From assembly GCA_963977445.1 (NCBI GenBank), contig CAXBPH010000030.1, positions 1 through 38,832 on the forward strand: a DNA stretch of 38,832 nt, in the 5' to 3' direction. The position numbers and the translations under genes are program-made. This DNA comes from an uncultured bacterium. GTDB lineage: Bacteria; Hydrogenedentota; Hydrogenedentia; Hydrogenedentales; JAEUWI01. Numbering within the stretch: the stretch's first letter is position 1; the number at the start of each line of letters is the position of its first letter. The notes under the pieces are model-generated. The model saw nothing but the letters and a program-made list of their open reading frames with translations, did no database searches and was not told the DNA's origin. Positions 1 through 8,851 of the stretch are shown piece after piece.

Positions 1-107
1 CGGCAGAACTCATTGCCCCCATCGCCATGACCCAGGAACTTCGCTTTGCAATCCGCGAAGGTGGCCGCACAGTCGGCGCCGGCGTGGTGACCAAGATTAT
101 CGAGTAA
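1..107 (+). CDS. tuf: Elongation factor Tu, C-terminal end (partial)
   Basis: Frame from nt 3 reads [34 protein letters not shown], the conserved EF-Tu C-terminus; TAA at 105-107. Confidence 0.97.
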   Translation, partial: AELIAPIAMTQELRFAIREGGRTVGAGVVTKIIE

Positions 108-144
108 ATGGCCCTGCTGGCCAATAACGCGTGGGTATAGTTGC

Positions 145-294
145 ATGAGAGAGAAAATCACGTTACAATGCACCGAATGTAAACGGCGCAATTATACGGG
201 GATGCGCGACAAGCGTAAGACTCCCGATCGTTTAGAACTTAAGAAGTATTGCAAGTTCGAGCGCAAACACACAATTCATCGCGAAACGCGATAA
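145..294 (+). CDS. rpmG: 50S ribosomal protein L33 (49 aa; not in ORF track)
   Basis: [49 protein letters not shown]; canonical position between tuf and tRNA-Trp/secE. Confidence 0.96.
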   Translation: MREKITLQCTECKRRNYTGMRDKRKTPDRLELKKYCKFERKHTIHRETR

Positions 295-344
295 TTATCA
301 CCAACATGCTTTCGCTGGTTCCCCGTGTAGGGGGCCAGCCTTGC

Positions 345-420
345 AGGCCTGTAGCACAATGGCTAGTGCAGCGGCCTCCAAAGCCGAAGGTTGGGGGTTC
401 GAGTCCCTCCAGGCCTGCCA
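345..420 (+). tRNA. trnW: tRNA-Trp (CCA)
   Basis: Cloverleaf: acceptor AGGCCTG/CAGGCCT, D arm GCAC/GTGC, anticodon loop CT-CCA-AA (anticodon 378-380), T loop TTCGAGT, encoded 3' CCA; usual position before secE. Confidence 0.97.
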
Positions 421-454
421 AATATTTTTTGGTACACTTCTGCAAGGGCAATTC

Positions 455-679
455 ATGGCAACAGTAACGGAACAGAAAACGGGTCCTATCGCCCGCCTTC
501 AAGTATTTTACGAAGAAGTAATGGCGGAAATGGGTAAGGTCACATGGCCTACCTTGGACGACCTCAAGGTTTCGACCAAGGTGACCATGTTCTTGCTGTT
601 GGCCATGGCAGCTATTGTCTTTCTGTTCGATAAAGTATTCGAACAGTTTGTTCTCATGCTGCTGAACTTGGCCGGGTAA
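455..679 (+). CDS. secE: Preprotein translocase subunit SecE
   Basis: ATG 455; EMGKVTWPT motif followed by one TM helix; between tRNA-Trp and nusG. Confidence 0.95.
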   Translation: MATVTEQKTGPIARLQVFYEEVMAEMGKVTWPTLDDLKVSTKVTMFLLLAMAAIVFLFDKVFEQFVLMLLNLAG

Positions 680-691
680 GGAGTCTACATT

Positions 692-1351
692 GTGACCGAC
701 GAACCGTTGATCGACGAGGAAGTCCCAACTACATCTGATGAGGTGGTTGAAGAGGACGATGCGTTTGATGAGCCGGGTATCAAGCTGAACCCGGTGCCAG
801 AAGATGGTGTTCGACGACGCTGGTACGCCCTTCATGCCCATTCTGGTCAGGAAGGCAACGTACAGACCATGTTGGTCGCTTCTGCCGAGCAAGCCGGTTT
901 GTCAGACTTGATTTCCAACGTGCTGGTGCCCATGGAAGAGAACGGGGATTTGCGTCCCGGTGCCAAAACGGTAAGCAGCCGCAAGTCCTATCCGGGCTAC
1001 GTATTATTGCAGTTGCCGGAACATCCGGAGAAGTACGCCGAGCTCTGGCACTTGATTAAAGAGACGCCTGGCGTGACGGGCTTTATTGGTTCCCGCACGT
1101 TGCCTGTGCCCTTGGAAGACAGCGAGATTGAAGAAATCGTCGAAGTCAGCCGCGGTGAAAAGGAACGTCCCAAGCCCAAAGTCGAATTCGACGAGGGCGA
1201 GCGCGTCAAGATTATCGATGGTTCCTTTGCCAACTTTATTGGCAAGGTAGATGAAATAAATGCCGAACGTGGCAACATGAAGGTACTTGTAGAAATATTC
1301 GAACGACTGACCAGTGTAGAAGTTGAATTCTGGCAGGTTGAACGAGTCTAA
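692..1351 (+). CDS. nusG: Transcription termination/antitermination factor NusG
   Basis: [26 protein letters not shown], and KOW domain [14 protein letters not shown]...[19 protein letters not shown] before GTG. Confidence 0.96.
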   Translation: MTDEPLIDEEVPTTSDEVVEEDDAFDEPGIKLNPVPEDGVRRRWYALHAHSGQEGNVQTMLVASAEQAGLSDLISNVLVPMEENGDLRPGAKTVSSRKSYPGYVLLQLPEHPEKYAELWHLIKETPGVTGFIGSRTLPVPLEDSEIEEIVEVSRGEKERPKPKVEFDEGERVKIIDGSFANFIGKVDEINAERGNMKVLVEIFERLTSVEVEFWQVERV

Positions 1352-1365
1352 GTTGGAGCAATCTC

Positions 1366-1794
1366 ATGGCGGCTAAACCGTTAAAAGCACAAATCAAACT
1401 GCAGGTCCCGGCTGGTGCAGCAAATCCCGCCCCACCAGTAGGCCCGGCGCTCGGCCAGCACGGCGTCAACATCATGGACTTTTGCAGTCAGTTCAATGAA
1501 CGTACGAAGGATCAGGCCGGATTAATTATCCCGGTTGTGATTAACGTTTACGAAGATCGTAGCATCAGCTTCATCACCAAGACCCCACCCGCACCCGTCC
1601 TTATTAAAAAGGCGGCGAAGTTGGCCAAGGCGTCCGGTGAGCCCAACAAGAAAAAAGTTGGCAAGATAACCGATGCACAGGTTGAAGAGATCGCCACGCT
1701 GAAGATGCCTGATCTGAATGCGGCTTCGGTGGAATCTGCGAAGCGCATGATCGCGGGCACAGCCCGTAGCATGGGCATCCTCATTGAGGGCTAA
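1366..1794 (+). CDS. rplK: 50S ribosomal protein L11
   Basis: [31 protein letters not shown]...GTARSMG. Confidence 0.98.
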   Translation: MAAKPLKAQIKLQVPAGAANPAPPVGPALGQHGVNIMDFCSQFNERTKDQAGLIIPVVINVYEDRSISFITKTPPAPVLIKKAAKLAKASGEPNKKKVGKITDAQVEEIATLKMPDLNAASVESAKRMIAGTARSMGILIEG

Positions 1795-1807
1795 TTAAGT
1801 ATTTTTT

Positions 1808-1845
1808 CGGCACCGTCCCGCAATGAGCAGGACGGTGTTGTTTTT
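1808..1845 (+). terminator. Terminator-like hairpin in the rplK-rplA spacer
   Basis: CGGCACCGTCC...GGACGGTGTTG stem followed by TTTTT. Confidence 0.5.
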
Positions 1846-1868
1846 CGTAATGGAAGTTCAACAAGAAA

Positions 1869-1897
1869 GTGGGAGAGGCTTGCCTCGCATGCACCAC
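1869..1897 (+). promoter_or_regulatory. Ribosomal protein L1 autoregulatory mRNA site (L1 leader)
   Basis: GTGG-GA-GAGGC-TT-GCCTC-GCATGCA-CCAC: GTGG/CCAC stem, asymmetric GA internal loop and inner hairpin, immediately before the rplA RBS; matches the GTGGGAG...ACCAC pattern of L1 sites. Confidence 0.75.
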
Positions 1898-1910
1898 GGG
1901 AGAACACCTA

Positions 1911-2618
1911 ATGGCAAAATTGAGCAAACGCGCCAAGCAGTTTGAAGGCAAAGTAGACCGCGACACGACCTATACGATCGATGAAGCTGCCGCAGGGTCC
2001 AAAGAATGCGCCACCGCTAAATTTGATGAAACCATCGAGTTGGCTTTCCTTCTGGGCGTAGATCCACGCCACGCCGACCAAATGGTTCGCGGTTCCGTTT
2101 CCCTGCCTCACGGTACGGGTAAAGTCGCTCGCGTCGTTGTTTTCTGTAAGCAGGCCGACCAGGTTGCCGCTGCAGAAGCTGCGGGTGCCGAGGCTGTTGG
2201 TGCAGAAGACCTGGTACAGAAAGTTCAGGGTGGTTGGACCGATTTCGATAGTGCTGTTGCTTCCCCCGACATGATGGCCCTTGTTGGTCGTCTTGGTAAG
2301 GTCCTCGGACCCCGCGGTCTTATGCCCAGCCCCAAGGCGGGCACCGTAACGCCCAACGTTGGCCAGGCCGTCGAAGATATCAAAAAGGGTAAGATTGAAT
2401 TTCGCGTCGACAAGAACGCAAACATTCACGTACCCGTCGGCAAGGCATCTTTTACCAAAGAGCAAATCATCGAGAACGTCGCCGAAGTTATTCGCGCCAT
2501 CGTCAAGGCCAAGCCGTCTGCTTGCAAAGGTATTTATCTCAAAGGTTGTACGATGAGCAGCACGATGGGCCCAGGCTTTCGCCTTGATGCCGGAACGCTG
2601 ACCGCACAGGTCAACTAA
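1911..2618 (+). CDS. rplA: 50S ribosomal protein L1
   Basis: ATG 1911 after [48 protein letters not shown]. Confidence 0.98.
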   Translation: MAKLSKRAKQFEGKVDRDTTYTIDEAAAGSKECATAKFDETIELAFLLGVDPRHADQMVRGSVSLPHGTGKVARVVVFCKQADQVAAAEAAGAEAVGAEDLVQKVQGGWTDFDSAVASPDMMALVGRLGKVLGPRGLMPSPKAGTVTPNVGQAVEDIKKGKIEFRVDKNANIHVPVGKASFTKEQIIENVAEVIRAIVKAKPSACKGIYLKGCTMSSTMGPGFRLDAGTLTAQVN

Positions 2619-2660
2619 ATTTCGTTGCGACAAGAAATCAAGCCCACCTAGGAGACGACC

Positions 2661-3827
2661 GTGAGTTCCAATCGAATTCTATTTACGTCCGAATCGGTCA
2701 GCGAAGGCCACCCGGATAAAGTTGCCGATAATGTATCTGATGCAATCCTCGATGCCATGTTGGCCCAGGATCCGGCGAGTCGTGTAGCGTGCGAAACGCT
2801 GATTACGACCGGAATCTGTATGGTCGCAGGTGAAATTACTTCCAATGCGGATGTGGATATTCCTGCGGTCGTTCGAAAGACCATTCTCGACATCGGGTAC
2901 AAAGGCGGAGATTCAGGTTTCGATGGCGCAACATGCGCGGTTGTTGTTTCCCTGGACAAGCAGTCCGTTGATATCGCTCAGGGCGTAAATGAAGGCGAAG
3001 GCATCGATAAAGAGCAGGGTGCTGGCGACCAGGGCATGATGTTCGGCTATGCGTGCAACGAAACGCCCGAACTGATGCCGCTGCCGGTTTCGTTGTCCCA
3101 CAAGATACTTGGACAACTGACCAAGCTTCGTAAAGATGGCTCCATTCCCTGGCTGCAGCCCGATGCCAAGTCGCAGGTCACGGTAGAATACCTCGACGGC
3201 AAGCCGGTTCGAATCGATACGATTGTTGTTTCCAATCAGCACTCCCCAGACGTTGAGCACAAGGAAATTCGAGAGACCATCATTAAGGCTATCGAAAGTA
3301 TCCTTCCTCAGGAATTTGTCAAGGGTGATATTACCTATCACATTAATCCTACCGGTCGTTTTGTCGTCGGTGGTCCTGTCGGTGATTGCGGACTTACGGG
3401 TCGTAAAATCATCGTGGATACCTACGGCGGCATGGGACGTCACGGTGGTGGCGCGTTCAGTGGCAAAGATTCTTCGAAAGTGGACCGCAGTGCGGCCTAC
3501 ATGGCACGGTACATGGCCAAGAACATCGTGGCTGCCGGTTTGGCAGAGCGTTGTGAAGTTCAGTTGGCCTATGCCATCGGCGTTTCCAACCCAGTGTCCG
3601 TCCATGCGACGACATTTGGGACAGGCACCTTGGATGACGCCGCGTTGAGCGATTTGATCAAAGAGCATTTTGATTGTCGCCCGGCCGCTATCGTCGGCCA
3701 ACTGGATCTTCGGCGTCCTCAGTTTCAGAAGACCGCAGCCCTTGGACACTTCGGCCGCGAAGGCGAAGGGTTCCGCTGGGAAGATACGGATCAGGCGGAA
3801 GCGCTTAAGAGCAAGGCCGCAAAATAA
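2661..3827 (+). CDS. metK: S-adenosylmethionine synthetase
   Basis: [50 protein letters not shown]. Confidence 0.98.
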   Translation: MSSNRILFTSESVSEGHPDKVADNVSDAILDAMLAQDPASRVACETLITTGICMVAGEITSNADVDIPAVVRKTILDIGYKGGDSGFDGATCAVVVSLDKQSVDIAQGVNEGEGIDKEQGAGDQGMMFGYACNETPELMPLPVSLSHKILGQLTKLRKDGSIPWLQPDAKSQVTVEYLDGKPVRIDTIVVSNQHSPDVEHKEIRETIIKAIESILPQEFVKGDITYHINPTGRFVVGGPVGDCGLTGRKIIVDTYGGMGRHGGGAFSGKDSSKVDRSAAYMARYMAKNIVAAGLAERCEVQLAYAIGVSNPVSVHATTFGTGTLDDAALSDLIKEHFDCRPAAIVGQLDLRRPQFQKTAALGHFGREGEGFRWEDTDQAEALKSKAAK

Positions 3828-3855
3828 AAATTGTCGGCTACCCTTGAATTCTTTT

Positions 3856-3897
3856 AAGCCATTTGGCACGCTTGGTTGTGTCAAATGGCTTTTTTTT
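3856..3897 (+). terminator. Rho-independent terminator after metK
   Basis: AAGCCATTTGGCAC/GTGTCAAATGGCTT stem followed by a T run. Confidence 0.75.
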
Positions 3898-3915
3898 AAT
3901 AGGAAAGGTACCCCC

Positions 3916-4068
3916 ATGAAAGTACACGACTTTGCCTACCAGGTAGCAATACGCACCATTCAATTACTCGAAGAAAAGCAACATTACAAAGTCTCTGAGG
4001 AAAATCAGAAGGAAATTCTCGCCTTGGTTCACGAAGAAGTAGATACACTACTCGACAAGTCCCTCTAG
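3916..4068 (+). CDS. Small hypothetical protein (50 aa)
   Basis: AGGAAAGG RBS, ATG 3916, helical charged sequence MKVHDFAYQVAIRTIQLLEEKQHYKV...; 23 bp before the antiporter. Confidence 0.7.
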   Translation: MKVHDFAYQVAIRTIQLLEEKQHYKVSEENQKEILALVHEEVDTLLDKSL

Positions 4069-4091
4069 TTCGGCAGGATACACACGAACCT

Positions 4092-6089
4092 ATGCATGAC
4101 GCCCACCTTTTCAATCAGTCCGCCGTACTTTTCGGGACGGCACTACTTGCCGCCCTGATATTTCGGATTATGAAGGCCCCTTCAATCATCGGGTTTCTCT
4201 GTACAGGCATCCTGATCGGTCCCTTCGTGCTGGAAATGGTGACGAAGGAAGAGGTGGATACCTTTGCCGAGCTCGGCCTGGTGCTGCTGCTATTCGTCAT
4301 TGGCCTGGAACTGTCGCCTTCCTCATTCATTCGGGCGGGTCGCGGTATTGTCATCATGACCGTAGTGCAGCTCGGATTGACTACCGTTGGCGTAGTCGCC
4401 GTCATGACCACCGTATTTGGTTTCGGGTTTCTCACGTCCGCGCTGGTCGGCGTCGCCATATCACTAAGCAGTACGGCCATCGTCTTGAAAACGTTGAGCG
4501 ACCGTGGCGAAATACAGACGCCCGTGGGGCTCATCAGCACGGGCAATCTGCTCTTTCAGGACGTGTATGTCATTGTCCTCATGTTGACCCTTCCGTTTCT
4601 TTCGCCGAGTTCAGAGACCTCCGTTACAGAATCTATACTGAAGGCACTCCTGGGGCTCGTGTCCATGCTTTGTATGGTTGGCCTGCTCCGTATTCTTCTG
4701 CCACGATTCCTGAAAGTCCTTGGTCGTTTTGGCGGGCCCGAATTGGTGACCCTCTTTGCCGTTTCCATGGCCTTTGGCGGCGCGGCCTTTGCCGGATTTA
4801 TCGGCTGGCCCCTGGCGCTGGGCTCCTGTATTGCAGGCCTGCTGCTTGCCCAGGCGGACATACGTCACCAGCTCGTGGCGGAGATCACCCCCTTTCGCGA
4901 TGTATTTAATGCACTTTTCTTTATCTCACTCGGCATGCTGGTAGATTTAGATTTCGTTCGGGAGCATTGGCCAATTCTCCTGATTCTCGTCCTGACGATC
5001 CTGGTCTTTAAGACCGTCGTGACCAGCGGTGCCATTGTTGCCGGTGGCTGGCCCCTGCGCGTGGGAATTCACACGGGCCTCGGCCTTTGTACCGTTAGTG
5101 AATTTGGCTATATATTTCTTCGGGAAACGCAGCGGGCGGGTCTAATCGACGAAACATTGCCCCGTATGCTGATTCCCGTCATCGTGGGGACCATGATGCT
5201 CGGGGCGACACAATTGCCCATCGCCGGTGTGCTCTCCAGAAATATAGTGCGACTTCTCGGTCGAGACGGGGAGGAGTTGGTTACGTCGGGTGAAGAGGCC
5301 GTGACCCAAGGGGTCCTGGTGGTGGGATACGGAATCAATGGAAAAAACCTGTGCCGTGTGCTGGAATCAACAAAGATTCCTTGTGTGGTTGTAGAAATGA
5401 ACCGGGCCCTCGTTCAACAGGCACAAGCGGACGGAATGCACGTGGTGGTGGGGGATGGCACCCGCATGCAGATATTGGAAGAGGCCGGGCTCCATACCTG
5501 TCGCGCGTTGGTCGTGGCGGTAAATGATCGGGTGGCCACCCGGCGCATGGTGAGTCAGGCCCGGGCACTTCGTGCCGAGATGCCGATTATTGTGCGCACA
5601 GAATTTATCGAGGAGCTGGAACCCCTGCTCAGCTTTGGGGCGACGACGGTTATTCCGGCTGACTTTGAGATTTCCATAAAGCTATTTGCTCAGGTATTGA
5701 CCGAGCTTCGTGTTCCTGATAACGTGATCCAGGCCCAGATAGCCACCGTCCGTTCCGGCGGCTATGGTATTCTTCGCGGTGTACCCATCGAGCAATCCGA
5801 GGGGCTCCAGGAATTGCTGCAGGTATTCCGACTCACCGCCACCCAGACCTACTATCTGTCGGAAACCAGTCAAGCGGTCGATAAGTCCATTGCTTCGCTG
5901 AACTTGCGTGCCCGTTCCGGTGTGACCATTATCGCGGTGGTACGCGAAGGCAAACCTACGACCAATCCGTCCGCTTCTCACGTGCTCAAAATGGGTGACG
6001 TGCTTGTAATGGTCGGTAGCCACACCGAGCTCAGTGCGGCGCAGCATTGCCTTGGCGAATTGGTGAGCGAAAGCGAAGAACCAGCGTGA
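4092..6089 (+). CDS. CPA2 family (KefB/KefC-like) monovalent cation:H+ antiporter with RCK_N and RCK_C domains
   Basis: Multiple TMs with AELGLVLLLFVIGLE, SLSSTAIV, LLFQD, PFRDVFNALFF, SEF; GYGING Rossmann-like TrkA-N domain; C-terminal TrkA-C (GVTIIAVVREG). Confidence 0.9.
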   Translation: MHDAHLFNQSAVLFGTALLAALIFRIMKAPSIIGFLCTGILIGPFVLEMVTKEEVDTFAELGLVLLLFVIGLELSPSSFIRAGRGIVIMTVVQLGLTTVGVVAVMTTVFGFGFLTSALVGVAISLSSTAIVLKTLSDRGEIQTPVGLISTGNLLFQDVYVIVLMLTLPFLSPSSETSVTESILKALLGLVSMLCMVGLLRILLPRFLKVLGRFGGPELVTLFAVSMAFGGAAFAGFIGWPLALGSCIAGLLLAQADIRHQLVAEITPFRDVFNALFFISLGMLVDLDFVREHWPILLILVLTILVFKTVVTSGAIVAGGWPLRVGIHTGLGLCTVSEFGYIFLRETQRAGLIDETLPRMLIPVIVGTMMLGATQLPIAGVLSRNIVRLLGRDGEELVTSGEEAVTQGVLVVGYGINGKNLCRVLESTKIPCVVVEMNRALVQQAQADGMHVVVGDGTRMQILEEAGLHTCRALVVAVNDRVATRRMVSQARALRAEMPIIVRTEFIEELEPLLSFGATTVIPADFEISIKLFAQVLTELRVPDNVIQAQIATVRSGGYGILRGVPIEQSEGLQELLQVFRLTATQTYYLSETSQAVDKSIASLNLRARSGVTIIAVVREGKPTTNPSASHVLKMGDVLVMVGSHTELSAAQHCLGELVSESEEPA

Positions 6090-6168
6090 ACCCAATTGCC
6101 CGATACGCGGGTGTAAATCGAGTGGTGTCGGGCAGTCGCCTGGGCATCCCCATAGGAAAAGAGTAACG

Positions 6169-6390
6169 ATGATTTATTACAAGACTTCCCAGATAGTGCC
6201 CGGAAAAGGCAACGCATGGATGTACTACGAATGCGATGACGACAAAAAGGTTCTGCGTACCCTGACCCACATACCCGAAGCAGGGGAGACCTCCCGCGTT
6301 CCCGATCCCATCGTAAAACGACTGATTCGTCCTGAAATTTTGCAAGACGCAGCGGCAGAGGAATTCCTTTCGCTCTGGGGCGATGCCTGA
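6169..6390 (+). CDS. Small hypothetical protein (73 aa)
   Basis: Purine-rich upstream region (AGGAAAAGAG); protein-like composition; no family recognised. Confidence 0.65.
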   Translation: MIYYKTSQIVPGKGNAWMYYECDDDKKVLRTLTHIPEAGETSRVPDPIVKRLIRPEILQDAAAEEFLSLWGDA

Positions 6391-6622
6391 TTCGCGGCAG
6401 CAACTACGGGTGCAGTTCGGTTGCTACTGCACCGTGGAGAATACAGAAGCTGCGGGATAGCTCGGGCAGATGAAACTGTTCATGGCGCGGACCTTCAGCT
6501 CTTGTGTGCTGGATTGTCCGTTGTTCATGGGCCGTTTGCTTATGCTGGTAAGTTACCAGACCTTTGGCCCTGTGGAAAGTAGCGTTGCTTCGACGGGCCC
6601 GATAAGAGTGTCAGCGGCGTGG

Positions 6623-6653
6623 AAACAAATAAGCCCAGGCCGAAGGCCTGGGC
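6623..6653 (-). terminator. Rho-independent terminator of the redoxin gene
   Basis: Perfect 9-bp stem GCCCAGGCC-GAA-GGCCTGGGC, with T-rich tail on the minus strand. Confidence 0.7.
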
Positions 6654-6710
6654 GAACTTGATAGGTGATTTTTCAAAGGGCTCTACGTCGGTATCCTGTT
6701 TCGTCAGAAA

Positions 6711-7910
6711 CTACTCGGTCAATTCCGTCAGGAGTTTCGTCAGGTCCTCTTCGAGGGTAGGAATGACACCCGTGTGCACTTCCCGTATGATACCGTCTTT
6801 ATCGATGATGACGGTCTTGGGAATGCTGTTTGCCTGGTAATCCCGTTGGGCCGTCCGATTTTGGTCGAGAGCGACCGTAGCGGTGAGGCCCGACTGCTCC
6901 ACGAAGGCTTGTGCTGTGCCTTTGTCCTCACCGATGTTAACCGCATAGAGGACCACGCCTTTTTCCTTGAACTGCTCCGCTACCCGGGTGACGATGGGCA
7001 GTCCGATACGACATGGGCCACACCAGGAAGCCCAGAAGTCGAGAATGACAACATTCTTTCCCTTGTGGGAAGCCAGGTCCAGGGTGCCCTCGGAGAGAAG
7101 GGGGGCAACGATATTCGGTGCCGGTTGTCCCACCAGTGCGTCAGCGGGCTGTTCCATCTGCTGGGGAGCATACTTTGTCGCGCCTTCGGGAATGACAAAG
7201 GCGAAGTGATCGGCGGCGAGTTCTGGTTTCGTGTTCCAGTTTTCGAAGGAGTAAATGACTTTCGCGCTCTGCATATTGGCGCTGCTCTGTTGCGCAATCG
7301 TTGTGAGGTCCAGCGTGAACTGCCTTAGGAGTGGCGTATCGCCCTGTTGTATCCAGAAATCCGTTACCAGGTCAGAGCCGTTCACACTGATGCCGTCACA
7401 GTCCGGGAAGAGGCCGGAATCAAGTGCCGTGACCTCCGCAGTATCGATAGACTCCTGAAACGAAGATGCCCCATGGATGAAATCACTGAACATCATCTGG
7501 GCACCGCGAAAGGGGCCTGCGGGCATGGCGGTCAGTGCTTTGAGCCGGGCACCCAGTACGTCCCCTTCGATATACTGCTTTTGTTTGCCGAGATAGAGGA
7601 AGGTGTTTTCCTTCGAAGCAATCAACTCCAACGTGTCGTCGGGCATGACAACGCGGAATCGGGCGTTGTCCTCTCCATCGAAGGCCAGGGTCGCTGTGAG
7701 CGAGACGTCATCGGTCTTTCCGTCTTTTTGCTCCAGGACAAACTCCATGGTCATATCAACCGTGAAGCTGGAGAGGCCATCCACATAAGCTACCGCCTCA
7801 GCGAGCCGGCCGGCAGGATCTGCAAGGGGCTCGGCCGTAGCGTGGTTAGCGGCAATGGCAATAAGAAGGGCAATAGTCAGTGCGACAGAGAGACGCAGTC
7901 GGGATATCAT
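6711..7910 (-). CDS. Secreted protein with N-terminal LolA-like/DUF2092-type domain and C-terminal TlpA-like thiol-disulfide oxidoreductase
   Basis: Signal peptide; NWNTKPELAADHFAFVIPEGA resembles LolA-like domain ends; DFWASWCGPC and SIPKTVIIDKDG are TlpA/redoxin motifs. Confidence 0.85.
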   Translation of the reverse strand: MISRLRLSVALTIALLIAIAANHATAEPLADPAGRLAEAVAYVDGLSSFTVDMTMEFVLEQKDGKTDDVSLTATLAFDGEDNARFRVVMPDDTLELIASKENTFLYLGKQKQYIEGDVLGARLKALTAMPAGPFRGAQMMFSDFIHGASSFQESIDTAEVTALDSGLFPDCDGISVNGSDLVTDFWIQQGDTPLLRQFTLDLTTIAQQSSANMQSAKVIYSFENWNTKPELAADHFAFVIPEGATKYAPQQMEQPADALVGQPAPNIVAPLLSEGTLDLASHKGKNVVILDFWASWCGPCRIGLPIVTRVAEQFKEKGVVLYAVNIGEDKGTAQAFVEQSGLTATVALDQNRTAQRDYQANSIPKTVIIDKDGIIREVHTGVIPTLEEDLTKLLTELTE

Positions 7911-7981
7911 TGGGGGGTACCTCGTGGGTCGATGTAGGCCCGCAAGGGGCGTGAAATTCCCTTACAGTATAGCACAGGCGC

Positions 7982-8812
7982 CTAAGGCCGCTCTCCCCGT
8001 GCAAGACGGTGCTCAATTTCATCCAATACGGGGACCAGGTCGGCCACACCTTCAATGACATAGTGAGCACCGGCCTGGGCAAGTTTCAGCGTGGCCCGCT
8101 CGACGCGCGCGCGCAGTTCATCCGCAGGAAGGGCATCGGTATCTGCCTGGGAAAGTCCCACTTCATTGCCCGTTCGGGTTACGGCGACCGTCCACATGCC
8201 GGCGTTCAGTCCTTCCAGCACATCCGTCACCGTGTCACCGATTTTTACGATGGATTCCCAGGGGAATACCTGCAATTCCATCGCGGCTTTGACGGCCATC
8301 CACGGTGCGGGCCGTCCCGCTGGAACCTGGGTTACGGCTATGCTGACGTCGGGGATATAGCCTGCCGCCGCACCGGCTTCGCTGCACAGCGCCATCATTT
8401 CCTCGTTGTATCCGGTCGTTGCCCCGATCTTCATGCCCCGTTTACGCAGGGCCTCTACCGTGTCCACGACCCCGGGGATGACGTTAAGGAAATTGGGCAG
8501 GGCCTCCAATTGGAGAGGTATGAAGGCCTGAAAGAGCGCTTCCACATCTTTGTCCGTATGGGGGGCACCGTGTTCTTGAACCCATTGTGCGGCAAGAGGG
8601 GGCATGGCCAGCATGGTCGCAATATGGTCCCGCTTGTGCATGCCCATGGGCTCCCGGGCCTGGGCAATGGTGGCCTCGATGCCGTTCATCCGAAACAGTG
8701 TTTGAAAGGCACCTGCCGGGGCCAGGCAGCCGTAGTCGACCGTGGTGCCGGCCCAGTCAAAGATAGCGGCCTGCAGGCGGCCCCGGTAGTGGCGTTGGGT
8801 AAAAAAATCCAT
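7982..8812 (-). CDS. phnX: Phosphonoacetaldehyde hydrolase (phosphonatase)
   Basis: FDWAGTTVDYG HAD nucleophile motif, PMGMHKRDHI Schiff-base Lys motif, GRPAPWM, KIGDT. Confidence 0.96.
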   Translation of the reverse strand: MDFFTQRHYRGRLQAAIFDWAGTTVDYGCLAPAGAFQTLFRMNGIEATIAQAREPMGMHKRDHIATMLAMPPLAAQWVQEHGAPHTDKDVEALFQAFIPLQLEALPNFLNVIPGVVDTVEALRKRGMKIGATTGYNEEMMALCSEAGAAAGYIPDVSIAVTQVPAGRPAPWMAVKAAMELQVFPWESIVKIGDTVTDVLEGLNAGMWTVAVTRTGNEVGLSQADTDALPADELRARVERATLKLAQAGAHYVIEGVADLVPVLDEIEHRLARGERP

Positions 8813-8851
8813 GGTGTTCTCCTTAATTGTGTGTCAGCGTTGTCGCGAAAA

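Noticed and set aside
239..892. 217-aa minus-strand ORF, plus 249..467 and the 341 start for secE
   Set aside because: They overlap rpmG, tRNA-Trp, secE and nusG; these are shadow frames. The real secE start is 455.
3862..3880. TTTGGCACGCTTGGTTGTG as a sigma54 promoter
   Set aside because: No GC at the -12 position with correct spacing; the sequence is part of the metK terminator stem.
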